Origin: Eledone cirrhosa
Taxonomy: Eukaryota
Direction: 5' to 3'
DNA: 64,000 nt
NCBI GenBank assembly: GCA_964016885.1
Contig: OZ024740.1
Location: 397,482,001 to 397,546,000 of the forward strand
Part shown: positions 51,197-63,523 of the stretch, one piece after another
Layout of the letters: every line of letters begins with the position of its first letter
Position numbering within the stretch: position 1 is the first letter of the stretch
Program-made: the position numbers and the translations under genes
The notes under the pieces: model-generated
What the model saw: only the letters and a program-made list of their open reading frames with translations
Databases searched by the model: none
Told to the model about the DNA's origin: nothing

Positions 51197-51893
51197 AGTA
51201 TAACATAATAATGATTTTTAATTTAGGCACAAGACCAATAATTTGTGGTGAGAGGAAATCGATTACATTAACCCCAGTACATGACTGGTACTTTATTTTA
51301 TTGACTCTGAAAGGATAAAAAGCAAAACTGACCTCAGTGATTTTTGAACTCAGAACATAAAGGGCTATAATTAAATGCTGCAATTATAACCTAGTAATAT
51401 ATTTAAGATTATAAACTACATTGATATAGATATCACAATATCTATTGATTTCATATATAAGCCTTTATCATGAAAATACAATAGTATATATAGAGTAATG
51501 CAAATGCTAAGTGTTTGATCATGAATATAAATCCATCTGTACTTCTACTCTGAGGCATTATCTACACTAAAGCCTGTTGCATAGCTTTGGGATACATTTG
51601 CTATTCACTAAAAAATTTGGGTTTAAGGCTTATATATGAAATCAATAGATATTGTGATATCTATATCAATGTAGTTTATAATCTTAAATATATTACTAGG
51701 TTATAATTGCAGCATTTAATTATAGCCCTTTATGTTCTGAGTTCAAAAATCACTGAGGTCAGTTTTGCTTTTTATCCTTTCAGAGTCAATAAAATAAAGT
51801 ACCAGTCATGTACTGGGGTTAATGTAATCGATTTCCTCTCACCACAAATTATTGGTCTTGTGCCTAAATTATAAATCATTATTATGTTATACT
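51197..51893. repeat. 269-bp near-perfect inverted duplication (51197-51465 / 51625-51893, 159-bp spacer)
   Basis: The arms are reverse complements and I found only one mismatch (GATTTTTAATT versus AATTATAAATC). Confidence 0.95.
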
Positions 51894-52847
51894 GTTAAAA
51901 TATACTATCACTTTATTGTATATGTTGATACTGTTAAAAAATAAGCAAACTGTATGATGGTTACAAAATACAGTTTTCTATGAAATGGTAAAATCAGTAT
52001 AAGAAGCAGATTATCTGCAGCAAACAGAGAGTGGGACAATATGAACTTGTTAAATATATAAATGAATTGAAAAAGTAACTAGGTACCAAAGAAAATATTT
52101 AATCCTTTTGATACCAATCTTCCCAAAACTACCTCTGGTTCGATGAGAAAAATGGGTAATTTAATCACCCATTTTTTAAAGGGTCCTTATTTATATTATA
52201 ACTTCTGAAATAATTTTATATAAGAACATTTTATTAAGCTGTTACAAATACTATCTTAATATTGAAATAATTAATAATTTTAGTAAATGCCTCCAAATTC
52301 ATTACTAATTAATTCAAATACAGATAGCAGGAAAAGCAGGTATTAAATGATAATTGTTTTTACTTTAGGCACAAGACCAGCAAGTTTGAAGGAGGGGGAA
52401 AAGTCAATTAAATCAACCCCAGTGCATTACTAGTGTTTTATTTTATCGACCCCATAAGGATGAAAGGCAAAGCTAACCTCACCGGGATTTGAACTCAGAT
52501 CGTTGCTTTTCAATTATTTACATATTCATTTGCATATTCACACATAAGTTTGAATAATCCCTAATATATTTCCACTACCCAGTAAATTTCCAACCGATAA
52601 GGTATGATTTTCATGGGTACGTCTCTATTTATAAAACAAACTTTGTATTTTATCTGATGAAAGTGCACCAACGTTGTCTTGGTTGCCCTTGAAATATATA
52701 TAATAAAATAAATATGGTTTTATAAATATAGTTTCCATTTATTTAATATCATGGATTATTTACTCCAGTAACTTGTTGAGTGCTCTAAACTAAGTTATAA
52801 ACATTTATGTTTGTCAGACTTCCAACAAATTAAATACAACTTCTACT

Positions 52848-52898
52848 TATATATATATATATATATATATAAATATATATACACACATACATATATAT

Positions 52899-52971
<73 letters not shown>

Positions 52972-53014
52972 TACACACATATATATATATACATATATAA
53001 TATATATATATATA
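52848..53014. repeat. (TA)n/(CA)n microsatellite
   Basis: Visible directly. Confidence 0.95.
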
Positions 53015-53153
53015 TGAAAAGATTCAGGACCCTGATGGCTGAGCTCTGTATTACCCACTCTAGTACCCCAAGTATCGCATACTCTGGTGGGTTATGGTCC
53101 ACCTGGTTTTTTACCATACTCTATCTGATATATATATATATATATATATATAT

Positions 53154-55540
53154 CATCATCATCATCATCATTTTACGTCCGTTCTTCCACGCTAGCATGG
53201 GTTAGACGGGTTGTCCTGTTGTGGGCAGTGTCTGGTCGGCTGACCATGCCTTGCTCATACAGGAACTGATCTGGCTTGATTTCTACAGCTGGATGCCCTT
53301 CCTAACACCAACCTCATTTACAGTGAGTGCTGGGTGCTTTTTCGTGGCGCCTACACGTCCACTTTACAGTGTGGGCTGGGTGCTTTTTTGCCGTGGCACC
53401 TCCACGACCACCTTGCGGTGGGGGGTGTGGGGGCATATTGTTTATATGCTTCAGCTTGTACCCATGGGAGGTCGGGTACTCTGTATTACTGCGTGACGCC
53501 AGAAGTCACGGTCGTGTGTCATTGTCTTTGAGAGGTGTAATTGGGTAAGGTCGGCTTTTATCACCTCATCCCAGGTCATCTTGGGTCTCCCCACTCCGCG
53601 GTTTCCATCAACTTCTAGTGCTCTGCACCTTTTTATGCAGCTGTCATCCTTCATACGCATCATATGTCCATACCAGCGCAACCGCCTCTCCTGCACACAG
53701 CATTTGATTCCTCTTATGCACAGTCTCTCTCTCAATTCATTTATGCTTTGTCGTTCACGTATATTACTGTTACACATCCATCGGAGCATGCAGGCTTCGT
53801 TTCTCTCTAATCTACGTAAGTCTTCCACCTTCAGCGCCCAGGGCTCACTACCATGTAACATCGCTGTTTGGGTACACGCATCATACAGTCTGCCTTTCAT
53901 TCTGAGGGAGAAGCCTTTTGCAGCTAGCAGTGGTAGTAGTTCCCTAAACTTCTTCCATCCCGTTCTTACCCTAGTTATTGTACTTTCTGAACACCCACCT
54001 CCGTTGCTAATTCGGTCACCTAGGTAGCAGAAGCTGTCTACTGTTTCTACAGGGCCCTCCCAGAGATTGGTGGTACTTGTTTCCTGTGGCTGTTTGCTGC
54101 TTGCTGTTTCAGCACAGCTGCTGCATGTGAATCCTACATTCTTAATTAAGCTTCCTGAGATCCTGCTACATCTCTTGTGTACCCATTGTTTGCATTTGGG
54201 GCAGAGAATGGAGTTCCTACCTACACCTTTCCTACATACTGAGCAAGGCCATTTCCCTGAGGGGATCTGGGTTCTGTTTTCTCGTCTACTTACAAGGACC
54301 TTAGTCTTTGTCATGTTGACTTTGAGACCCTTTCTTTCTAGTCCCTGCTTCCAGGTTTGGAATTTATTCTCTAGTTCTACCATAGATTCAGCTATGAGTG
54401 CGAGGTCATCAGCATACAGGAGTTCCCATGGGCATCCGGTCTTAAACTCCTCCGTTATTGCCTGCAGGACTATGATGAACAGGAGAGGGCTAAGAACAGA
54501 GCCCTGGTAGACCCCAACCTGTACGCTAAATTCCTCGCTATACTCATTGCTAATCCTAACTTTGCTGACTGCTCCCCTATACATGGCTTGTACCGCTTTC
54601 ACAAGCCATTCATCTACTCCTAGTTTTCTAAGAGCCCACCAGATTACAACACGTGGAACTCTGTCAAAGGCTTTCTCAAGGTCGACAAATGCCAAGTAGA
54701 GTGGCTTACTTTTAGCTAGGTACTTTTCCTGTAATTGCCTCACAAGGAAGAGGGCATCAGTGGTGCCTCTTCCTGGTACAAACCCAAATTGCATCTCGTC
54801 TATTTTCACCCGGTCCCTAATCAGCTGTGCTATAACTCTCTGTTACTTTCATGACCTGGTCCATCAACTTTATACCTCTATAGTTTCCTCTATCTAGTGC
54901 ATCGCCTTTACCTTTGTAGCAGTTGACAATGATGCTACTGCACCAATCTTTTGGTATTGCCCCTTTTAGTATTACCTTGTTAACGATACGTGTGATTATA
55001 GTGTGACCTACAGACCCAGATGCCTTCAGCATCTCGGCAGCTATACCCGATGGACCGGTTGCCTTCCCCATCTTCATATCTTTGATTGCCTTACTTACTA
55101 CGCTGCTGCTGACTTGTACTGCTGGTCCCTCTATAGGGTCTACTTGGGGTAGGGTCTCTTCTTCCCATGCATTCTCCTCATTTAGTAATCTATCATAATG
55201 ACTCTTCCATGCATCTTTCTTCTCAGCACTTGTGAGGGCAAGCTCACCTTTATCATTCCGGATACACTTCTCTCCAATGACATCACAACTATCTCTGACA
55301 CACTGCCTCACAATCTTGAATACCTCCTGTTTCTGGTCCTCACGTTGTAAAACATGCTTGAATTTTCTATCCTCTGCTTCCCTCCTAGCTAAGTATACTT
55401 GTCGCCTAGCTTCCCTCTTGGTCTCTATGTAATGTACCCTGCTCCCTCGTTCTTCCATTCTTTCCATGCCTATCTCTTGGCCTTAACTGCTTCATCTACC
55501 TTATTGTTCCACCACCAAGTCACTCTCCTCCTGCTTGAGG
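53154..55540 (-). mobile_element. Young 5'-truncated RTE-clade LINE (2.4 kb) inserted in a (TA)n tract
   Basis: ORFs 54817-55467 and 53451-54809, separated by one frameshift. RT motifs NYRGIKL, QFGFVPGRGTTDA, FVDLEKAFDRVPR, QGSVLSPLLF and LYADD. (GAT)n tail, and (TA)n on both flanks. Confidence 0.96.
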
Positions 55541-55574
<34 letters not shown>

Positions 55575-55581
55575 GCACATT

Positions 55582-55961
55582 GCTTAGTGGCTAGAGCATT
55601 GGCCTTGCAATCGAAAGGTTGTGAGTTCAATTTTCAGACCGGGTGATGTGTTGTGTCCTTGAGCAAGACACTTTATTTCACATTGCTCCAGTTTACTCAG
55701 CTGTAGCAATGAGATGGTAGGGACTGAGGTCCACATCATTCCACTGCAAAGTGGTCTTGGAGGTGCTACGGCAAAAAAGCACCCAGCCCACACTGTAAAG
55801 TGGACGTGTAGGCGCCACGGAAAAAAAGCACCCAGCACTCACTGTAAATGAGGTTGGTGTTAGGAAGGGCATCCAGTTGTAGAAATCAAGCCAGAATCAG
55901 TTCCCGTCCCACCCTTGCAAGCAGGGAAAAGCGGACATAAAATTATAATGATGATGATGAT
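55582..55961 (+). mobile_element. tRNA-derived SINE with a V-like core and an RTE 3' UTR-derived tail
   Basis: TTAGTGGCTAGAGC, GAGTTCAATT and GTGTCCTTGAGCAAGACACTTTA. 55740-55903 is the reverse complement of ~53262-53415. Confidence 0.88.
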
Positions 55962-56000
55962 GTGTGTGTGTGTCTATATATAAATATATGTGTGTGTGTA

Positions 56001-56187
56001 TATACATATATTGATATATGTATGTGTGTGTACATAAATATAACCAAAGGGTTACAAGCACTATTGCAGCAGACACATTACATCACCCTATATATATAGG
56101 GTGATGTAATGTGTCTGCAGCAATAGTGCTTGTAATCCTTTGGCTCATATTTATGTACACACACATACATATATCAATATATGTATA
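56001..56187. repeat. Spacerless palindrome with 93-bp arms
   Basis: Centre is CATCACCC-TATATATATA-GGGTGATG. The arms differ by about 3 substitutions and 1 indel. Confidence 0.95.
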
Positions 56188-57887
56188 TGTTTGTATCTAT
56201 ATATATATACACACAAGTAAGTAAGCCAATATATCTAATACAGCTGTGTAAAATGTATTCACTCAGTTGCTTATATTTCAACATAATACTCTTCCTTACC
56301 TATTATGACCTACTTGCTACATACTCGCTCGCACACACACACACACACAAACCTATGCAGCCGATAACCCCCTTCATTCCTTCATAACAGGTTTTCATAC
56401 AACAGGCTGTCTTTACCCAATGCATTGTAGACAGACCTCATGCTAAACATTCTTTATTTCTATCATCAAAGATTTTGTAGACAAAACCACACCTCCACCA
56501 CAAACACCTGTGACAGCCTATTCTCCTTCATATTTAGATTAGTCCATATCATAAAAAAAGAATTATTTATCAGGTACTGGGTGTGCTGTTTGTAAAGAAG
56601 AGTCAGTTTAGAAAAAGCAAGAAATTTCAGTACAAAAAATATCTGATATAACACTGAAGAAAGAAGGACTCTAATACAATTGATAAGAAGTCCTTCCATC
56701 AGGGATTCTTTCTCTCCAAAACATTTACTACATTTCTTTTCTTCAAAACACACAAGCACACACATTATTAACTGCACCACCCCCACCCCCTCAGTCCCTT
56801 AGAAACAGCTGCCAAATATCTCTTGAATAACACCCTACCATCAAAGGATATTGTAGTCACACACATAACCTTCCAGACAGCACTGTCATAACTGAAATAT
56901 ATTTAATCATAAATTTGCTCAATTTGGGCTGACTTGGAACTAAAGAACAACAACCAGGTTTTTGTTTTGTTTCAAAGAATTTCATACTAAATCATATATC
57001 AATTATAGATTGGATACTGGGGTTCATTTAGTATAGAGATAAACTAGATGCATTATAACGTTTAATTTTGCTCCACTGTTTTTTTTTAGTTTTTTTTTTA
57101 AATCTATCTAGCTTGGTTTAACCTTTCGTTCTTTAGCAGGGTTGGATTAACCATTGAGCCAAATGAGCACAGGCTTAGGGGATCAGGTGAAGATGGTCAT
57201 CATTTTATTCAAATTAGTTGTATTTGTCATCCCAAGAAACTTTCTTTACATTCTTTATATTTGGGTGGATCTTTTAAGGGCTTAGAGCAGCATATTCCAT
57301 TGGCGGGCCACTTTTGAACATTGGAACAACTATTAGGGCCAGTCACTGTCAAAAATATGTAATCTAATGAAAACCACAATTTCTTTCCATAACATGGAAC
57401 TGGGAAATTATAACACACATAACCCTATCAGTGAAGCCCTTTAATATAGGTGAACTAACAGAAAATTGTATTACGGTTACGAAAAAAATTCTAAATAAGC
57501 CTACAAGGTAAAAATTAAAAACGGTCATCGCGGGCCACTCTGACTGGTCTGGCGGGCCGGATTGTGGCCCACGGGCCACCTGTTGTATGCCCCTGACTCA
57601 GAGCTTCAAAATGACTTAATTCTGCCCTGTACTGCAGTGATCAATACTATAACTAATAATTACACTTTCTTTTATCATGTTGCACTAAATGTTATATTTT
57701 AAAATCCTGTTGTTCTTTAAACTTCTGTGTTTTTTTTCCAGTTACTATTTTTAGGTGAAGTATCTTAAACGATCAAGAAGAATCAACTCTCAATTCCTCA
57801 TTGAAAACAAAAAGAAAGACAATCAAACATAAAACGATATCTTAGACTTCAAAATTCATTATACCTATCAAAATTAGGGATTTTTCA

Positions 57888-57970
57888 ATGGGCGACAAAT
57901 TCTTTGGGCCCTATCTTGCTGAACGCCAGTGGGGAACTGTTCGTGAAGACTATTCATTTAATGGTGACTG
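57888..57970 (+). CDS. YMR196W-like / GH63-type glycoside hydrolase, coding exon 1
   Basis: [27 protein letters not shown] matches the recalled family signature GPYLSERQW.TVREDYS. Donor TG|GTTAGT. Confidence 0.88.
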
Positions 57971-58161
57971 GTTAGTATGCTGACAGTTTTATCTTTAATT
58001 TTACAAAATTTATAGAAAATACTCATTATTTTTCATTATCAGATTCAAATTAAAGTGTGTGTTCAATTATTTTAATACACTAACTTAATTTTGTTGAAAA
58101 CCTTCAGATGAAATTTTCATAATCAAATCTTGCTTTGAGAAAAGAATTTGAAAATGTTATC

Positions 58162-58195
<34 letters not shown>

Positions 58196-58198
58196 TAG

Positions 58199-59132
58199 AG
58201 AGTAGTAAAGTTGAATTCTTCACCGTATGAGATGTCATCTGGTGTACTACAGGGATCTGTTCTTGGTCCCCTTTTGTTTGTTTCATATATTAATGACATA
58301 GATGCCAACTTAAAGAATGCCACAGTACTGAAATATGCAGATGACATCAAACTGTACCTTGAGATAAAAAGGACAAATCTTGAACACTATAGATCTTTCC
58401 TGCAATCAGACCTAGACACAATGCAGCAATGGATCACAGACTGGCAACTCAAGCTGGCTGTTGACAAGTGTACCCCAATGCATTTTAGGAGGAAAAACCC
58501 AGCACATCTCTAAAATTGTCAAGAAGGCCGAAGGTGTCTTGGCATCACTCACCAAGACCTATCTATCTATTTTAAGCTGTAAATAGCTATGGTGCATTAC
58601 CAGTCTGGAACCCCTATCTTGCTCAGAACATTGACCTCCTAGAAATGCATACTCTGAACGCCTTGCTTCCCTGGGCATGGATACATTGAAGCTCCAACAT
58701 CTGGCAACTGACTTGATAAACACCCACAAAATTATTAACCATCTTGCCAACAACAACCCTGGGCACCTTTTTGAATTCAATATGTCTAACACACGTGGGC
58801 ATGCCCACAAAGTCAGAAAACAGCACAGTTCCTATGACTTTCGGAAACATTTTTTCACGCTCAGAGTTGCTGAAGTACGGAAGAAACTACCTGCATCAGT
58901 AGTTAGATGTTTAGACATTGCATCCTTTAAAACCTCAATGCTTCCTGAAATTTGCCAACACTGCACCTGATACCACCCCCACCCCCCTCCATACACACGC
59001 ACACATGTATATCATGACTCATACACTGTTGACTTTCCTGACATTTGTACATTATTCTATGTACTATACATGCACCTTTGATGAGTTATAATGTACCTGA
59101 ACACTGTACACAATAATTTCATTATTATTATT
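58199..59132 (+). mobile_element. CR1/L2-group LINE 3' fragment with internal deletions
   Basis: SGVLQGSVLGPLLF..YIND, KYADDIKLY, LQSDLD...W, NTRGH and RKHFFTLRV, with an (ATT)n tail. The same 3' end recurs at ~35940-36022. Confidence 0.9.
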
Positions 59133-59655
59133 AAATTGAAAAACTAACAAGTGTGTGCATGTGTTTCTATTGGCAGCATGATCCTCCCAAAGTATAACAA
59201 TATCTGTTTCAACACATTTTTAGATAAGAAATCTTGCAAAACAAATACAAAAAGGAAGTATATATATATATGCACACAATACAATCTGTAAAGTTGGGCA
59301 TCCAGCCATAGAAACCATGCCAAATATGGAATGTAAGAGTCAAGAGATGGTTTCTGACCATTTTAGTTTTGGACATGCCATCCAACCCTTGCCACCATGG
59401 GAAGCAGACATAAAATTATGAGGATGATGATATACACACACACACATGCACACACACACACACACACACTCACACACACGTACACACACACACACACATT
59501 AAATGTATTTTCATATATTTCCAAATATTTAAATTTATTTTATCTTTAAAAGCGAGAACATGATGAAAACCCTTTCAAACGTAAAAGAACTAGCAAGTTT
59601 AATTATTTTTCTTTACTTTTTCTCTCTCTTATGCTTTCTCTTATAATTTCAACAG

Positions 59656-59824
59656 TTGGAAATACTGTTCACATCATGACGCCCTCAACAGAGTTTACCT
59701 TCATGGAGAAGATGGCTTGTTTGGCTGGTCTGATTATAAAGCGAAATTATGTTCATCATTAGCATTGTGGAATGGAAAGGACACTATACTAAAAGAAAGG
59801 CTGTTTGGGCTCACTGGGCCTCAG
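59656..59824 (+). CDS. YMR196W-like glycoside hydrolase, coding exon 2
   Basis: WKYCSHHDALNRVYLHGEDGLFG...LALWNGKDTILKERLFGLTGPQ. Boundaries AACAG| and CAG|GTAAC. Confidence 0.92.
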
Positions 59825-60729
59825 GTAACAAGGTTTAGATATTTTTAATTCATATTCCTTTAGAAGTTTCCATTTTAAAAGAAAAAATATTTATATTGTG
59901 TTAAAATGTAGAGTAATGAAATATTTCTCTTCAGTAATGTCACAAACACTTCTCTAGTGTTAGTGCCATGATAAAATGCATGCAATAGACTCTGTAATGT
60001 GGTAGGTGTTAGGAAGAGCATCTAGTTGTACAAACTATGACAACCTCTCTAATACTCGTGCCTCACTAGTGCTGGTGCCATGATAAGATAAAAATAGAGG
60101 TGTTAGAGAAGGCATTCAATTATAGAAATCATGCCAAACAAGGGTTTGAAAAGACTCTTCAGTTGACCTATGATCAAAAGTGTTCCAGCCATGACTACCC
60201 TCTCTTTTCATACATAGTTCATCTCAGATTACAATATCCAACATTTGTCTTTTTGTTAAAGCCAGTAAGGTGTTATTTAAGTGATATTTAGCTGCTATTT
60301 CTAGAAGGTCAAATAACTGCATAGAGGTTCCTTTGTTGACCTATTGTTTTAGGAGCAACTGTAGGAGCAACCATTAAATAAAGTTCATGAACTGGTACTG
60401 TTCAAATGGTTCATTGATAGTTTCTCTTATGTGGGAGACCTAATTGATGTTGGATATGGCTGTAGAAAAAATACTGTAGCTGAATTAAGAAAAGAGTGTG
60501 AGGTGTTCAAGAAGCTAGTACCTGTACGATTGTGTGAAGCATAAGGTGTAAAGTAATGATAAGGATGACCACATACAAATCACCTCATTATTTATTTCTA
60601 TCTCCTCTGTGTTCCAGTGAAAGTATCTTCAACAATGTTCACAGCAAAACCTTTTATATCAAAACTTTGAAAATTGTAAAAGTTAAAAAAAAGAAAAGTG
60701 TACATTAACCCTTATTTCTTTTCTATCAG

Positions 60730-60904
60730 GGCAATCATGGAGAGGATGTTAAAGAACTTTATTACTATCTGCTTAATGTCCCTAACCACAACTATATGAA
60801 GGCTCTATATCAATACCCACAACAGACTTTCCCTTATAAAAAGTTAATCAAAGAAAATAAAAGACGTTGTTATGATGAACCAGAGTTTGAATTAATTCAT
60901 ACAG
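60730..60904 (+). CDS. YMR196W-like glycoside hydrolase, coding exon 3
   Basis: [34 protein letters not shown]...EPEFELIHT. Boundaries ATCAG| and G|GTTGGT. Confidence 0.92.
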
Positions 60905-61613
60905 GTTGGTATATCCTTTACTTTCTTTCATTCATGTCACATTGATACTTTTTATAGTTATATAACATTTTGACTTGATTAAATACAGTTTCTTCAACTA
61001 TAATGGAATTATAAAGCCATGTGTGGAACCTAAAGCAGCTACATCATGGTACAGTAATTTTAGTTATCTAAAAGCACTCAAACACATTTATTTTGTGAGG
61101 TGTTGAAATGTTTGTCACACTTCGGCAACTGATACAATTCTACTGCAGCTGTTTGAAACTTAGTTACTGGCAAGCTTTTATAGGCTTTATGGGATTATAG
61201 TATGATTATAAAAACAAAATTGTCAAAGTATCAACTAACCAGCTCACAAATCAATGACCTTGTTTGACCTGGAAATAGCAACCAAATCTTCCTCAGATCA
61301 CACTCGGCTGTCTTAAAAAGAAAGAAAAGGGCAGAATGGTCACAGCAGGACAACTGTTAATCATAGATGTACTCAATTAGAGTTGACTTGAGGCTAAACA
61401 ACAGCAACTAACCACCATATATCATTTATATCTCACTATAAATATTGCATCTAGAAATGATTTAATACCACTCTTTAACTTGCTATGGAATAGATATTAA
61501 TCTAATGAACTAGATTCATATCTATTCTGTAATAATCTAGCTTTATATACAAACATTTGCTGAATAGTTTCTTTTGGATTTGTGGATCAAGGTATCTTGT
61601 ATGTAGAAATAAC

Positions 61614-62023
61614 GATTTCTACTTTAGGCACAAGGCCAGTAAGGGAGGGAAAAGTTGATTAAATCGATCCAGTGCATTACTGTTGCTTTATTTTATCGAC
61701 CCCGTAAGGATGAAAGGCAAAGTTAACCTCGGCGGGATTTGAACTCAGACCGTGAAGGGCCGTAACTCCGTGCTTCAAAACATGGTGTCCCCCTCACTAC
61801 CGATACTGCCAATCCACCACCCTTGTATGCAGAAATAACTGTTTCTACTTTAGGCACAAGGCCAGCAATTACCCAGTGCATTACTGGTACTTTATTTTAT
61901 CGACCCCGTAAGGATGAAAGGCAAAGTCAACCTCGGCGGGATTTGAACTCAGATCGTAAAGGGACGTAACTATGCTGGAAAGCATGGTGTCCGACTCTCT
62001 ACCGATACTGCCAATCCACCGCC
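61614..62023 (-). mobile_element. Two tandem Meta-like SINEs sharing a triplicated 18-bp target site
   Basis: CTTGTATGYAGAAATAAC at 61596, 61822 and 62024. Confidence 0.92.
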
Positions 62024-62857
62024 CTTGTATGCAGAAATAACACTATGTAGTATGAAATAACTGGTAAAAAGTTTCAAAAAGACCAATGGTATGTTTGGGA
62101 AATATTAGTATAAAATACCACTCTAAAATATCTTTATAGACATTGTATTTAAATATAAGATTTAACAAAAACATACAATGTGTATTGAATAATAATAGAG
62201 TGGTGGACAAAATGCTCTGCAATATTCAGTTATGTTGCTTTACACTCTAACTTCAAATCTTGCTGGAGTCAACTTTGTCTTTCATTTGTATGGAACTGAT
62301 AAGATAAAATACCAGTGATGTAGTAGAGGTGATGAAATCAACTGTACACTTACACCCCCACCCCATACACACACATATACACCTAAATTTGGAGTGTCTA
62401 TGTAAAAAACCAGCCTGATAAATAGATAAGAAATTATTTAGAATACAAGAAATTTCATATTGGCTTTGGTATGTCGATTGCTGTGTTTGATTAGAAATCT
62501 GAAACTTGAAGATTCTGTAGAATAATTGTTTCTACATTTGGCACAAAGTCAACAATTGGGGAAAAGAAGGAAAGGGGAAAGTTGACTAAATCGACTCCAG
62601 TGCATCACCGGTACTTTATTTTATCGACCCTGTAAGGATGAAAGACAAAGCTAACCTTGCCAAGATTTGTAAAGGGTCATAACTAAATACTGCAAAGCAT
62701 TTGCAACATTTAGTAATGGCCCTTTATGTTTTTCTATACTTGAAGAAACACCAATCTGAAATTTAGTACATGCCCACATGTGTGTGTGTTTATGGGTCTG
62801 TGTGTATGTGTCTGTATAATAATAACGTCTTTTACTTGTATATTGTTATTTTTCAAG

Positions 62858-62996
62858 GTACATTTGATAATGGGTACTGGGATATTTACATGGAATTTGC
62901 TAAAGAAGAGGAAAAAACATGCCTTTGTCGTTACACTGTCCATAATCGAGGAAGTGAGCCAGCAGAGCTGTATATTATGCCACAAATATGGTTAAG
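62858..62996 (+). CDS. YMR196W-like glycoside hydrolase, coding exon 4
   Basis: TFDNGYWDIYMEFAK...CRYTVHNRGSEPAELYIMPQIWL. Boundaries TTCAAG| and AG|GTTGGT. Confidence 0.9.
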
Positions 62997-63523
62997 GTTG
63001 GTTCATTACTATAGAAATATGTAACAATGCTTAGCTTATTCTCTGTTTTCATCCCAGCCATTCTGAGTTCAAATCCCGCCGAGGTTAACTTTGCCTTTCA
63101 TCCTTACGGGGTCGATAAAATAAAGTACCAGTAATGTACTGGGTTATTGCTGGCCTTGTGCCAATAGTAGAAACAATTATTAACAGTATTACTCTATACA
63201 TGGCAGTAAGGATAACAAAATTCTCATTCAACAAGATTCAAAAGAATTTCAACCAACTTTTATCTACACTGGAAGAAACACCAATCTGAAATTTAGTACA
63301 TGCATACATGTGTGTGTGTATGTATGTATGTGTCAATGCACATGTGTGTTTTGTGGGTATGGGTATGTGTGTGTTTATGTATGTTTATGTGTATGTGTCT
63401 GTGTCTATGTGTGTATGTGTGTGTGTTTATGGGTGTGTTTGTGTGTGTGCATGTGAAATCTAAAATTTGTTTAATTCATTTTCTTTCTAAATTATTTACT
63501 TTCACTGCCTGTTATTTTCATAG

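Noticed and set aside
52811-53117. Ile/Tyr-repeat ORFs (also the Val/Cys ORF start at 63300)
   Set aside because: Translations of (TA)n and (TG)n microsatellites.
53451-55467. Active autonomous retrotransposon or a domesticated RT gene
   Set aside because: 5'-truncated with no endonuclease domain and frameshifted near 54815-54840. It is a young but dead copy.
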